The notes beneath the pieces were generated by a model. That model had not been told where the DNA came from and ran no database searches. It was given only the letters and a program-made list of their open reading frames with translations. A stretch of DNA of 64,000 nt from Azolla caroliniana (Eukaryota > Plantae > Polypodiophyta), in NCBI GenBank assembly GCA_043228905.1, contig JBHGNT010000001.1, positions 31,620,001-31,684,000 of the forward strand, written 5' to 3'. Positions within the stretch are counted from its first letter, which is position 1. The number at the start of each line of letters is the position of its first letter. The translations under genes and the position numbers were made by a program. This document shows, one piece after another, positions 52,301-64,000 of the stretch.

Positions 52301-55300
52301 AATAGTCCAATCTGTAGCCCATATCCACCCAGACGGCAACAAGGGTTCTATTTCTTCCTAAAAATAAATAATATACTCAGGACAACTCAAAAGAAGAAAA
52401 AAGAAATCAAAAGCCAAATAAAATTAAAATTCAGGTTCCAGTAAAATAATACTATTGCATGCATTACCCGAGATTGAGAGGATTTCTGCATATCACGAGT
52501 ACTCCATCGTCCTGGATCTGTTGGAAGGAAATGGCCAGGCCATCTACTGCCCCATCCAGCAAGGAGCTGATATCTCTGGTTCTCAAATATTTCTTCTCCA
52601 ATCACAATAGGCTCATTGTCAAAAAGAGATGAAGTTCCCTGTTGCCCACTTAATGAAGACAATGGACAAACACAGATCTCCATTGCCACATCAGTCTGAT
52701 TAAAAACTGTCACAAGACTACGTAAAGTAGCTTTCTTTTGACCATCATTCATAGTCACTTCCAATGCAACATGACCATTTATTACTTCGATAGGAATTTT
52801 TCCTAATGGCAACACCGATTGTACATGTGTCCAGGGTCCATTTGAGCTTAGTCCTATAAGTAATCCAGTATCTTTAAACTGATTCCTGCTGGTATCCACT
52901 TCTTCCTCTGGCTGGTTAACCTTTTCATTATAGTAACAAACAGTGATTACGAGCGATCCATGATGAAAATCTGTGGGTGAGCCATTGTGCTTCTGTACCC
53001 AAAGAGCATCATACATAAATTTGTTAGTGAATCATAAGATGTATAACATACACATCCACTCAATCAGACCATAACATTAAAGATTCAGTATAAAGACTTA
53101 TCATTGGGAGGTCCACCCACTACTTCATGATGCTCATGTACACCAGTGCTTTAATAAAAACTACCTTTCTTATTGGAAATGTCATACAGCTCATTTTCTT
53201 CTGCTCTATTGGCCGATTAACATGGTGCAAATGTGAAAGAGATTGCCAAATACGATTCCAATGGGAAGATGGTGCTTTGGTTTCTGAATTACTTTGAATG
53301 CCCAAGGGAAATGAAACGAACCCAATCGCCTCTCCTACATGTGACAATAAATACAAGGTGTCAGTTGCCCCTTACAAGACTGAACTCTGCAGCTATTTAA
53401 GGAAAAATTACCTCTTCCAGATTTTGCTGCCTTATTATGCACTCGTATATCCATTTTCGCATCACCCTGCAAATCAAACCAGTATATGACTAGATCTCAA
53501 GTAAGTACATTCCGAGGTAAAGAAAAAATACCTCTTGTGGTAAATCAAATATAAAAACTTCATTCCACAATGCTGTTGCTAATATTCTGTCTCCAGTCTT
53601 CTTCAGAGACGAAGGACCAATACACCGGGATCTAGCACTCTGACTGAGGTTCTTTTGTCCATTGTTTTTTGACGATGGAACATGCACACTATAAAAGTAA
53701 TCTTGTCCATTGCCATCCTCATTGATGGGCAAATCCTGCCAGATATAAGGAAATTATTAAGACTCATGAAGTTCAAAATCTATAAATTAGACTACACAAG
53801 CACATCACCTTAGCCTCAGAAACATAAATAGCCACATGCTGGAAAAGAAGCTTTGGCCCTCCTGGTACAAAATTATCTCCAAAGTTTGGAGGTGGCATAT
53901 TGACTTCCAAAGTTTTATCAGGTTCAATTAACAGGCAATCTGTGAATTCATGCTCAAATGTACGGACAAACAAACTGCGATCTAGTTTATTTAGTAGTAG
54001 CAACTTCTCAGTATCATCTTCTTCCAAAGCAGAGCTGACATTTGTTTTAGAAACTTCATCGTTATCCTGTCCAATAGGTAATAGTCAGAAAGGTAATCCA
54101 AACCAAATTAAATCCAGCCTACTATGCTCAATAACAGATGAGAATATTCATACAAGATCCATTTTATAAAGTGCCTTCGTTTCTAGTTCAGACTGTCTTT
54201 TCCACGACAAAATCGAATCCATAAGACTATCAATATTTGCATATGTTGCATCAACATTGACTATGTTAGCTGTTGTGATGCTAGTTTTTGAAGTAGAGCC
54301 AGATGGAGAATCATGAGACTCATACCTGCAGATGGAGAATCATGATAATCAGCTCAAACTATCACTAAAAGTGCAACCACTGTCGTTATAAACTAAATAC
54401 TTACTTGAATATTCCTTCAAAGGGTTCTATTAATGGTTCCCAAGCTTTAACCTGAGCATTAAATGTTGAGGCAGCTACATAAGCTATACATGCACCACTT
54501 AAAGCTTCAGAATGACCACTGACTGCAAGATTAATGCTGGTTATTGTGATATTTGCTAAAGGTGTAACCTGCCCAACATATAATTTAACAATTATTAAAG
54601 GATAGTAAACACTGTTTCTTACCACAAACAAATCATGAGCTTTAAATTATCATGAAGACCTACCAAGCCCCTTAGATCATCAAGGACAGTCACTGAAACT
54701 TTTGGAGTTCTAACATTTCCACTTTTATTGTTCTCAACTATGCTTTGGGCTGCATCTACCAAACCATATCCTGTGCGTGCTGGAGGTTTCTTCAAATCGG
54801 GCCGTGCTAGAAACGTTTTTGCCTGTATACACACGTTGAAGTAAGGTCATGGTATCACTATAGATAATCCTCCTAACCAAACAAACTACATCCAGATATA
54901 GACTCATTGGACAAAAAAGCCACGTCAGTTATGTCATACCCAGCATGAGAATATGCCAGCTACTCCATGTAATGGAGGAGTCAGGATCACTACATAGTAC
55001 ATACACCCCTGCACAGTTCTTCCAATGTCTCTTTAAGAGGGATTTGGAAAACTCCCCAAATCACAGAATTCTAGGATCAGAAATGTTTAGGCTTTTTACA
55101 AGACGCAAACCCAGCCCTGAACATGTCAGATTTCCTCAGGGTAAGCAGCACCAGAGACCTCAGCCCACCAGCCAAGAGACCTCATATCTCCGAGATGGAT
55201 AATGATTGACTGAATAATTTGTTTGGAAAACATGTTTTATGATATGTGGATCATTACCCAAAAGAGGCCATTGATGTCATATGGTTTATCTTATCAGAGC

Positions 55301-58300
55301 ATTCATCAGAGATCCACACTTGTTTTACCGTTCCCACAAATATATTGATTTTGCACATTGTATACTCCACATTACATGTACCTATGGCCCCTATATCATT
55401 GTACTGTGATCATAACTATAAAATAATTTTGCTTTATTTTATTCAGAGCAGTTATTCTATACGGTTCACATGAATGTAATTTTTGTCTCATTCACTTTGC
55501 CCTATTACTTCATTTCTTTGGCTACTAGCCGGTAGGCTTCTTGTGCCCCAGACTAAAATGGCAGAAATTAATTGTATTTTCATAACAGAGTACACCACTC
55601 TTAGAACCATAGAATATAGGATTGCCTAGGTTAGCAAAACAATCAAGCGACTACTATCAAGAGAGCGTTATAGATTCTAGAATTTAGGACACACTATAAC
55701 ACCTAAAACTGTTCTTGTGTCCACTATGACTATATTAAATATGTTACTCCACAGAATGTGGGCCTATAAATGTCCTTAAAATATGTAAACAATCACCGTT
55801 TTAATTGAAAACGGGACTATAACCACTTTAATGTGTTTTCATGTTTACAGTCTATTTTAAAATGTTTCTCCAGTCTACTGACCTTTCGATTTTCTTAAAA
55901 TATATAGAGCAACCATATATTTAACTGGAAAAGGAAACATCAAAGCCAAAAGAAAAGAATAAGAAGGAAATTAACACTCACTTGATTCTGTATTTTCCAT
56001 ATACTACAGGAATAGCCACTTTTTGTACCAGTCATACTCCAAGCAGCTTTTCTTGAGATACCAACCTCAGAAACAAGATCAGCGCGTACACACCGAAAGA
56101 TACTCAGACCAGTTATATCTTCATCCTTTGTTACTACACAACCCATGGTAACGTATCCTGCAGGTGCCGAAGGATACCAAACATAAAGCTCATCCAGTCC
56201 CTTTCCTGACGAATGCATACGCTGTATAAAACCAATGGGGGGTGCCAACCTTCCAGAGTCGTCATCTTGTAGAACTACTCCTAGATTTGGTGGCTCAAGC
56301 CTTCCCACATTATTGTTATATCCCAAGAAAGTCAATGTCCAAACAACAAAAACTGTTGTAGGAGCAAAAAAATACAATAAAATAAAAAATATGCATTACC
56401 CCTCAACCAGATGATCACCAACAATCGCATATCCAGGCGGTGGAATTGGCCTCCATATTGAGATTGGTCGCCGATTATCACCACCACCTTTATCCCACCA
56501 CATCCGCTCAAATTGAGCAGTTGTTGAAATCAAATGACCACGTTTCTGAGGAATTTCAATATTTTCTATCCCTGACAAGCTCTGTTTTCGCTCTAATAAC
56601 CTAGATTTCCTATCCCTCAGTTTGTTAGTGTGAACAACTGAATCAAACACATCTTCATACAGAACAGCACGGAAATTAAAAAGTGACAGATCTTCTGGAG
56701 GCTTATGTGACTGATGTGCAATGAATGATCCAACAGCATTATCTACACGCCATATACTGAAATTCTTCTCAGATCTGTGAGACCAATACAGAAAATGTAA
56801 TATTTCCACTATTAAAAATATAATTAATGTATTTTGTTAATATCCATTATACTTAAGAATATACCCTTGGTGAGGATGTGTTAAAAAAACACAATCACTG
56901 ACAGATGCTGATGTCACAAGATCGAGTCGCACACAAAAAACAGCACTGAGAGGTGGTGGTGTTGAACCAATCCTAGCAATACAACCAAGTGCAACATAAC
57001 CAGGAGGAGCTACAGGACGCCAAATTGAGCACTGTTTGGCTGAATCATTCAAAACCCATATTAGATGGTAATGCAAGGGCTTTCTCACCCTCCGGAAAAC
57101 ATTGTTCATTGCCATAACTGCTTGGGATGGTGGTGCCTCCCTACACAAAGATGACATCTAAAAATTAGAAAGCTGCTACCTTTTTCTCAAAACATTAGGA
57201 CATATAAACTCACCCAGATGTTATAGAATCACTTAATATAACATATCCGGGTGGTGGCCTTGGCCTCCATATAGTGAATTGTTGCCCAGATATGTGCTCT
57301 GCAATAAACATAAACAAATGCTCTTCTGATTCACATTTGTCAAAAGGAATCTGTAGCAAAGAATAATAAGAACAGTGTTACATGAATATACCTGTATTGA
57401 CCCAAATTCTTTCAAAGTGGGAACATTTGGAGAGCATACGACCTACTCCAAATTGAAAAGTAGAGATCACATTGTTATGTACACGAAGCAATAGCTGTAT
57501 CAAGCTGAAAGACAGGCGCACAGAAATCTCTGAAGCAGAGATCGTTATGCTAGTTTTGTCTTTCACACAAGCATACTCCATGGAGATGACCATTGGCTCC
57601 ACAACACACAATCCAGAACCACCATCAATAGAGAATCTTTTAACATGACCCCGGAGCCAGACATCATTTTCCTTCCATGCAAATCTGGTAAAACAGGATC
57701 CAGCTATATGATTTCTAGCATGGAAAAAGAGATCTCACAATGTTGCTGACAACACTGGAAAGCAAAAGGCTAAAACTACAAAACTAAGATGAGAAAAAAA
57801 AGATGGCAATCTGCTAGTTTCTAGGAAAGAAAAAAACCATATTTTGTACAGTCACCGTAATAATCATCATACATTAGATTGAGATCCATCTTCACTCTGA
57901 GCAGCTTCTCTCTTTGATGTAGATTCACATAGTCACTGTCATAAAATGTCAACTCTGGAGCAATTGCCTGCCATCATTAGTTGTACTTGTAAGTTATTCT
58001 AAGAGAAAAATTTTACAATTGAGCAATATTAATTGTATGGTCCATGGTCCATTGAACCTTTAAATTTACAAGTAAGAGCAATAATAATTTATTTGTACTC
58101 TAAAGGTCATTCCGATAAATAATGTCACAATTTGCAGGACCAATATCTGGACCATTGGCCTTTATGAACAACTCATCCATTCAATTTTAGTGCAAACACT
58201 TTTAAGTATGTGCACCTTGAACCTGAGAATTTCAATGCTACACTGCAGAGTACGACATATGAATTGATAAACGAGCTATTTGAAAAGTATGATCAGGCCA

Positions 58301-61300
58301 TTGGTATTGTTTTTATTCCTTCAAATTGGAGGCACACTAAGAGGGATAACCCCATACATTTACATTACTTTCTATGAGGAAGTGCGCTCTTGCATGTGAA
58401 TATACTCGACATTGTTACTGCCTTAATGGGAAAATCCCTACAAGTATAACCCATGGTAACATATACTGCCAAATACTATCGAAATCTTACTTCAAAATAG
58501 AACAATTCAAAGGCATATTTAAAGTTGAAAACTAATAGATAGTACAAAAGCTTAAGCACTACAGATGATGATTAGTAACTGGTGAGAGGATTAACTCTGA
58601 CAGAAGCTTAACTAAAAATAGATAATCTCATTATCCAATCAATTTAATCGTATGAACTTGTACTAGCATCAGCATGCAATATATACAAAAAGATAAGCCT
58701 TAATAAACTTGGGAAACCCTCACACTATCACGTAAAGCTCAAGTTAAATCAAAATCCTTCACATTCTCCTTACAAATTTATGAAACTTTTCACTTTATAT
58801 TTGTGTGCCCCAAAAGCAGAGGATGATATAAGACACCAATTTTTCAAGAATAAAAACATAGTGCAACCATTTTTCTGGCAAGACTACCTGTACATCAAGC
58901 GTGAAGTTGCTACTCGTATTAGAAGGGACCTGGCTGCTGCCTAGACTTCTTAACATTAAATTTGAACTAGACTCTATTACTGATTTATGATATGGATAAT
59001 CACCATCACGATCAAATGCTCCATCTAATATCACACCATCTTCCACCCGGACACTGTAGCTGCTGTAGGGTAAAAGTTGTATACAATCTTTGAGTATAAA
59101 TCCATTCTGCAAGGAATTGAAATTCAATCAATTAGGAAAGACAAATGAGTTCTTGAAATTCAACCAGAAATTGTACAAGTTTGTCATCTATAAAGATAAG
59201 AAAACAAACTTGAAATACACTAAATATTTTGAGCATAACAGTACCTTGATTTTTAGATTCTTAAAGAAAAGCTTTTTTCCAGCCCCAATAAGAATCACTG
59301 GATCAATGGGGCCACCATCAGATCTATCCTGGTCTAAATTTTCTGTTTGGATGCATAATGTATTGCCACATCCATCATAAGTAAATTCATTACAATTATG
59401 GAAATCAACAATGAGCTTTCGTTGCGATGATATAGTCACCACTGGCTCCTGTTGTTTATAGTATGGATCTACAAGCCTGATGTGATCTTGATCTAGTATT
59501 GGATCATTGCAATCATCTTTGCCAGTCAACGTCGCTAATGAAGGTACAAAAAACTCCCCCACAGCAAGAAGAAAATCTAGGACCACTAAAAGGCAAGGTC
59601 GCTGAATTCTGATAATTGATGCTTGCAAACCTTCTTTGATTTTTGTGTCCAAAACTACCATTGGTGCCTGGGGTTCCACTGAAGATGTGATCTTATCATC
59701 ATTTTCCTCTTGTCTGCTTGAATTTATACTTCCTTCCAAGTCTGCCATTGACCCCAACATAAGTCTCATTTCTGGCTTTGATCCTACACGAAGATCCAGA
59801 ATACGCAGTCTTGAGAGTGATAACAGAACATCAATTTCTTGCACAGAGTTGTTTCTATAATTCACCCATAAGTCCTGCAGCTGCAAATAGAACAGAATTC
59901 AAAACAGTCAATTTCATCCATAAAGAACTTTGTGGAAGCTGCTACTGAGACAGTCAATTAGGCTAAGACAAAAAGAATTTGGAAGTGTCCTCATAAATGT
60001 AGAACTTTCACAGCGTGAGATAGTCATCCAAGACCATCCAAATCAGATTTGTCGGTATTGTTGAAAGATAAGAATCACACATTCTCTGATGTTAAATTTG
60101 CAAATATATAACTGCAGCTTATTCATTGGATGCACAATGCAGATCATGGAATATTGTGGTCTCTTGCTAACCTAATTTATGACCTTCTAAAACCTGTCTT
60201 TTTGAGTTCTCCAACAATTCATGCGGGAATGTCTTTTCGTCTTCTGCCTACCACGTTGCTCCTATAAACTGCGGCTTATTCATTGGGTGCACAATGCAGA
60301 TCATGGAATATTATGGTCTCTTGCTAACCTAATTTATGGCCTTCTAAAACCTGTCTTTTTGAGTTCTCCAATAATTCATGTGGGAATGTCTTTTCGTCTT
60401 CTGCCTACCATGTTGCCCCTATAAACTGACAGTGCATTAGCATGATAATCATCAGAATTAGGATATCATAAATCACATGCTCCGCATCTAGCATATAACA
60501 GACAATTGAATATAAACTAAAAAAATTATAATTTAGTTATTAAGTTTCTATACCTGAACTCGAGCTAAAGCAGACTCTCTTTCCATGCCATTGTGCAGTT
60601 CCAACTCAGCAGTCCGAACTTCCACGGTCACCCTAAAAGTTGTCCATGGGATTGTTACTTGACCTAAATTGCTGCTTTGCAGAGATAACCTCTGATTTCC
60701 TGAATTCCTTGGTGTCTCTGAATTCATATCAGTAGGGTATAATTGTTCTGTAGAAACAAATCTAAAATCCGGTGGCAAATGTGGAATTTCAGATATATTT
60801 GATGTCGCACATCCAGTAATCAACAAGTACTCTTTGTCTGATAATATTCCACTAAGTACATCAACCTACACAAACTTCAGAATTATCAGAACCTGCCAGC
60901 TTGTCCTACAATGTATTTGTATTATTTGAAACAGATCATATATATTTTGTTAGGGGAGCAAACCGAATCATGATTACCCACAAACTCTGCCCTGCTTAGG
61001 GATTTCTCTCATTTTTTCTCAGATCACAAAGATAGAGAGAGTTTATCGAATATATTTAGTGTTTCAGTATTGCCAAGACTGATTTCATACAGTTGGGGTG
61101 ATTTTTCAATGTGTAGTTTATCAATTCTTCATTCAAGAAAGAAATATGTATTTTAAGAGGCCAAAAAGGCCTATGAAATCACACAATACATTTTTAAATG
61201 GCAGGGTTATTGAGGAAGGAAGATATATTAACGTTTTTTAAGAGACCAGAATGGCCTATAAGACCAAACAAGGTATTGCATCTTAAAATGTTGTCTCGTC

Positions 61301-63401
61301 TTTGACAGCAACAAACCAAAATCAATGTAACTACATAAAAAAGTAAATAGAAATGGAATAAGACGTGACTAAAGAATCTCAATAAGATTCTCATGTTGGT
61401 GACACTATAAATATCTGAACGACAGAGAAAGTAGGAAACAGGATCAATTCCATGAAGGATAATATCAAAACCACAGACACAGAGAGAGAGAGAGAGAAGA
61501 TAGGTGAGCAAATGAAGGAGAAAGTTACAATGGCATGCAATGTGCTATCCGTGCTATCCCTAAGTGCAATTTTGTCAGATTAACTGCAAGGTTATGAGCC
61601 TAAAGGTCATATCAAAGTCCCATTGTACAATGATGTCAGACTACCTACAATCTTATGACCCTGAGGGTCCTTTCAAGGAGACCACGAGTAATGCCTTTCA
61701 GTGGCTCTCCCTTCTCCTGGGAAAGCTTGCCTCCTAACAGCGACACACATTTATGAAGTTCATGACATGATGTCTCGTTCCACTCGATTACTAATAAATA
61801 AAAGAATTGAAATAAAAAACTATTGTCTAACATTACCTGTACATCCACCTGCACTTCAGGAACCATTCTAAAAAGATCTCTCAATGGACGTCGTATCCTT
61901 ACATTAAGCCCTCGAACATCTTGTATCATGGGTTTTCCTTCTTGACCATCCATACCAACAATCATGTTGATATCTGATATCTGAAGAAGCACAATAATGT
62001 ATCAGCTACAGAAACTTTAAAACATGGATTATCCAGAAACATATACCTCAACTGAAAGCACATCCAAATGGATGGAGGATGCATCTTCTTTAGATCCACC
62101 ATGCCATTCAAATTTGTTGGTCAAATTGAGAAACCCCAAGTCTAATTGCATGTATCTGTCCATATATTTAAATAGAATTGTCTCAACATTGATAGCCATT
62201 GAGCATCTTGCATAAGCACAAAAACACACTTACTCTTTGCTTGACGAACATTTAGGCATGTCTATGATGGGGTTGTCCAAAGAAACATTCAACTTCAACG
62301 CTGGTAATCCATCGATATCAGACTGTGGAACAAGCTTCTCCATTCCACCAACTTTGTCAACAACTCTGGTAAATTGCTGTGCATGTGGTGCTGACAGGGC
62401 TGTGAAATATGCAGTCACCTGCAAAAAATTGAGAGGTTGAAAAGAAACCTAAATTTCTAGTGTGAATTTTAGCAACTGGAACAACCTATCATTGAGGGAA
62501 AATCCCCAGGGAAAAAGGAAATGTTTATAACAAGGTCATACCTCCTGGATGAACCTATATAAAAAGACAATGCGAACAGACGAGAGCCTTCCTTCCAGAC
62601 TATAATCATAACCTTCATAGTCATCCTCATCCACATTGAACGATTGAAAAACCAACTGAATTAAACAAGATTTATGTCATTTTTGACAGAAAACTAACTC
62701 CTGAATTATGCATTAAAAGTTCATGAGATCCTCTATTGTGAAACTGAAATTGAATTGATGACAAAGTCCTGAAAAGGAATGAAGAATGAGCTATAATGTA
62801 CCTTTACTAGGGAATCACAACCTGGGTCACGTATATCACACATCCAACCCCAATGGTGAGCTGGACCAAGGGTCATGTCCCGTACTCTAAGATTTCCAAG
62901 TAATCCATTGATAGCGAATGATCCTGGAAAGACCTATCACATTTCATGAAGGAAGAACACAATCAAAATAAAGATGTGATTTCACCCTTATTAAAGAAAA
63001 TTACATCATTTATAGAGTGCCAGTATCAACAACTTTAAATATATTGTCTTCAAAGATCATCACATGAACAAGTTTCTTACTTTCAGATCCATGTGAAATC
63101 TTTCTTGATCTAGCATAGCCAATCCAGTTCCGTCCTCCAAATTGAGAAAAATACGTACACTATCCATATTCATCTTTAACTGAAAGACAATTCTTGACTT
63201 CCCTTGACCAAGCAGACCTCTTACTACTTCACATTCCGCAAATGGTTCAACATCACTAGATGATATTCCAGATGCATTAGAATTATCAGGAACCTTAGAT
63301 TGCATATCCATAATTTCACTGATTTCTGAACCGAAGTCAATAAGTGCAACAACTGTAGGCCGATTGCAGAAAAATTCCAAAGTCGCCATTGAGATGCTCA
63401 T
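43341..63401 (-). CDS. VPS13: VPS13 family lipid-transfer protein, plant M-type (Vps62/DUF946 repeats, C2, Pex24/ferlin-like, SHR-BD/VAB, C-terminal and GRAM-like domains); many exons; 5' part lies beyond the window
   Basis: WEPLIEPFEG; SIWRPIPPPGYAIVGD; EEIFENQRYQ..GWG; QIDNQLPFTPMPVLL; GVTGILTKPLEGARASGMEGFVQGVGKGIIGVAAQPVSGVLDLLSKTTEG; GT-AG introns; stop at 43341-43343. Confidence 0.95.
60110..60428. repeat. 157-bp tandem duplication in a VPS13 intron
   Basis: GCTTATTCATTGG at 60117 and 60274; copies differ by a few substitutions. Confidence 0.92.
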
Positions 63402-64000
63402 CTATTGATATTGGACAAAAAGAAAGAAACATATAATGTTGTTTTAGAGGACAAAAATGGCCTATGAAATCAAACAAGAGATCACATATTGAAACATTTT
63501 CTCATCTTTGAGACAACAAACCAAAATAAATTTGAATAGATTAGTAAACGGTCTAAGGTCAAGGATATTTCTCTTAGCTAACCATTTAACAAACTAATAT
63601 GACCGAAGACGAGAGGGGTAATTTCTGAACTAGTGGGTTCCCACTCGGTCTTTCATCTGGCAAGTAAAGCTAACAAATAGCTTTCTAGATGAATTATAGG
63701 TTCAGTGGCTTAGAAGGAAACAGGAAATCCACCAGTGTAACGAGGATTGCAACTGAAGAAAGATTATTGGAAATGTTATCTCATCTTTGAGAACAAACCA
63801 AAATAAATATAATTAGAACAGTAAAATTGCCTACAGTACAAATATTTTCATTCGCCAAGAATTTAACACCTTAAGGTATTCTCACTAGTAAAGGTACCAA
63901 TGATTCTGATTAGCTTAACATTAGCTAATGGAAGACCAGATATTCTTGTCAGCTAAGCACTTAATATATATTCTTGTTGGTTAAGCACAAAAGAAAAATG

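Overview
Nuclear DNA of a land plant, most likely a leptosporangiate fern; this is inferred from the embedded plastid DNA, which has ACG starts, in-frame stops of the U-to-C editing type, and matK abutting ndhB with no trnK exon. Nuclear genes in order: the 3' end of CDC20, a group 3 LEA gene, PAM68, a CAMTA transcription factor, a SMOS1/WRI2-like AP2 factor with a 9-nt microexon, and the 3' ~20 kb of a VPS13 gene. The striking feature is a 17,354-bp insertion (24849-42202) between the AP2 promoter and the VPS13 3' end, bounded by an exact 18-bp direct repeat (ATACATGGAGAGAAAATC) and ending in an A-run. It is not a colinear plastid chunk. It is a scrambled mosaic of about 30 recognisable unedited plastid fragments (~20 bp to ~1.6 kb, both orientations, from LSC, SSC and IR) plus at least two mitochondrial-type fragments. 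It also contains identical duplicated single-copy segments and templated filler DNA that is re-used at distant junctions. All gene identities come from recognised motifs, with no database search; fragment ends are approximate to a few bases.
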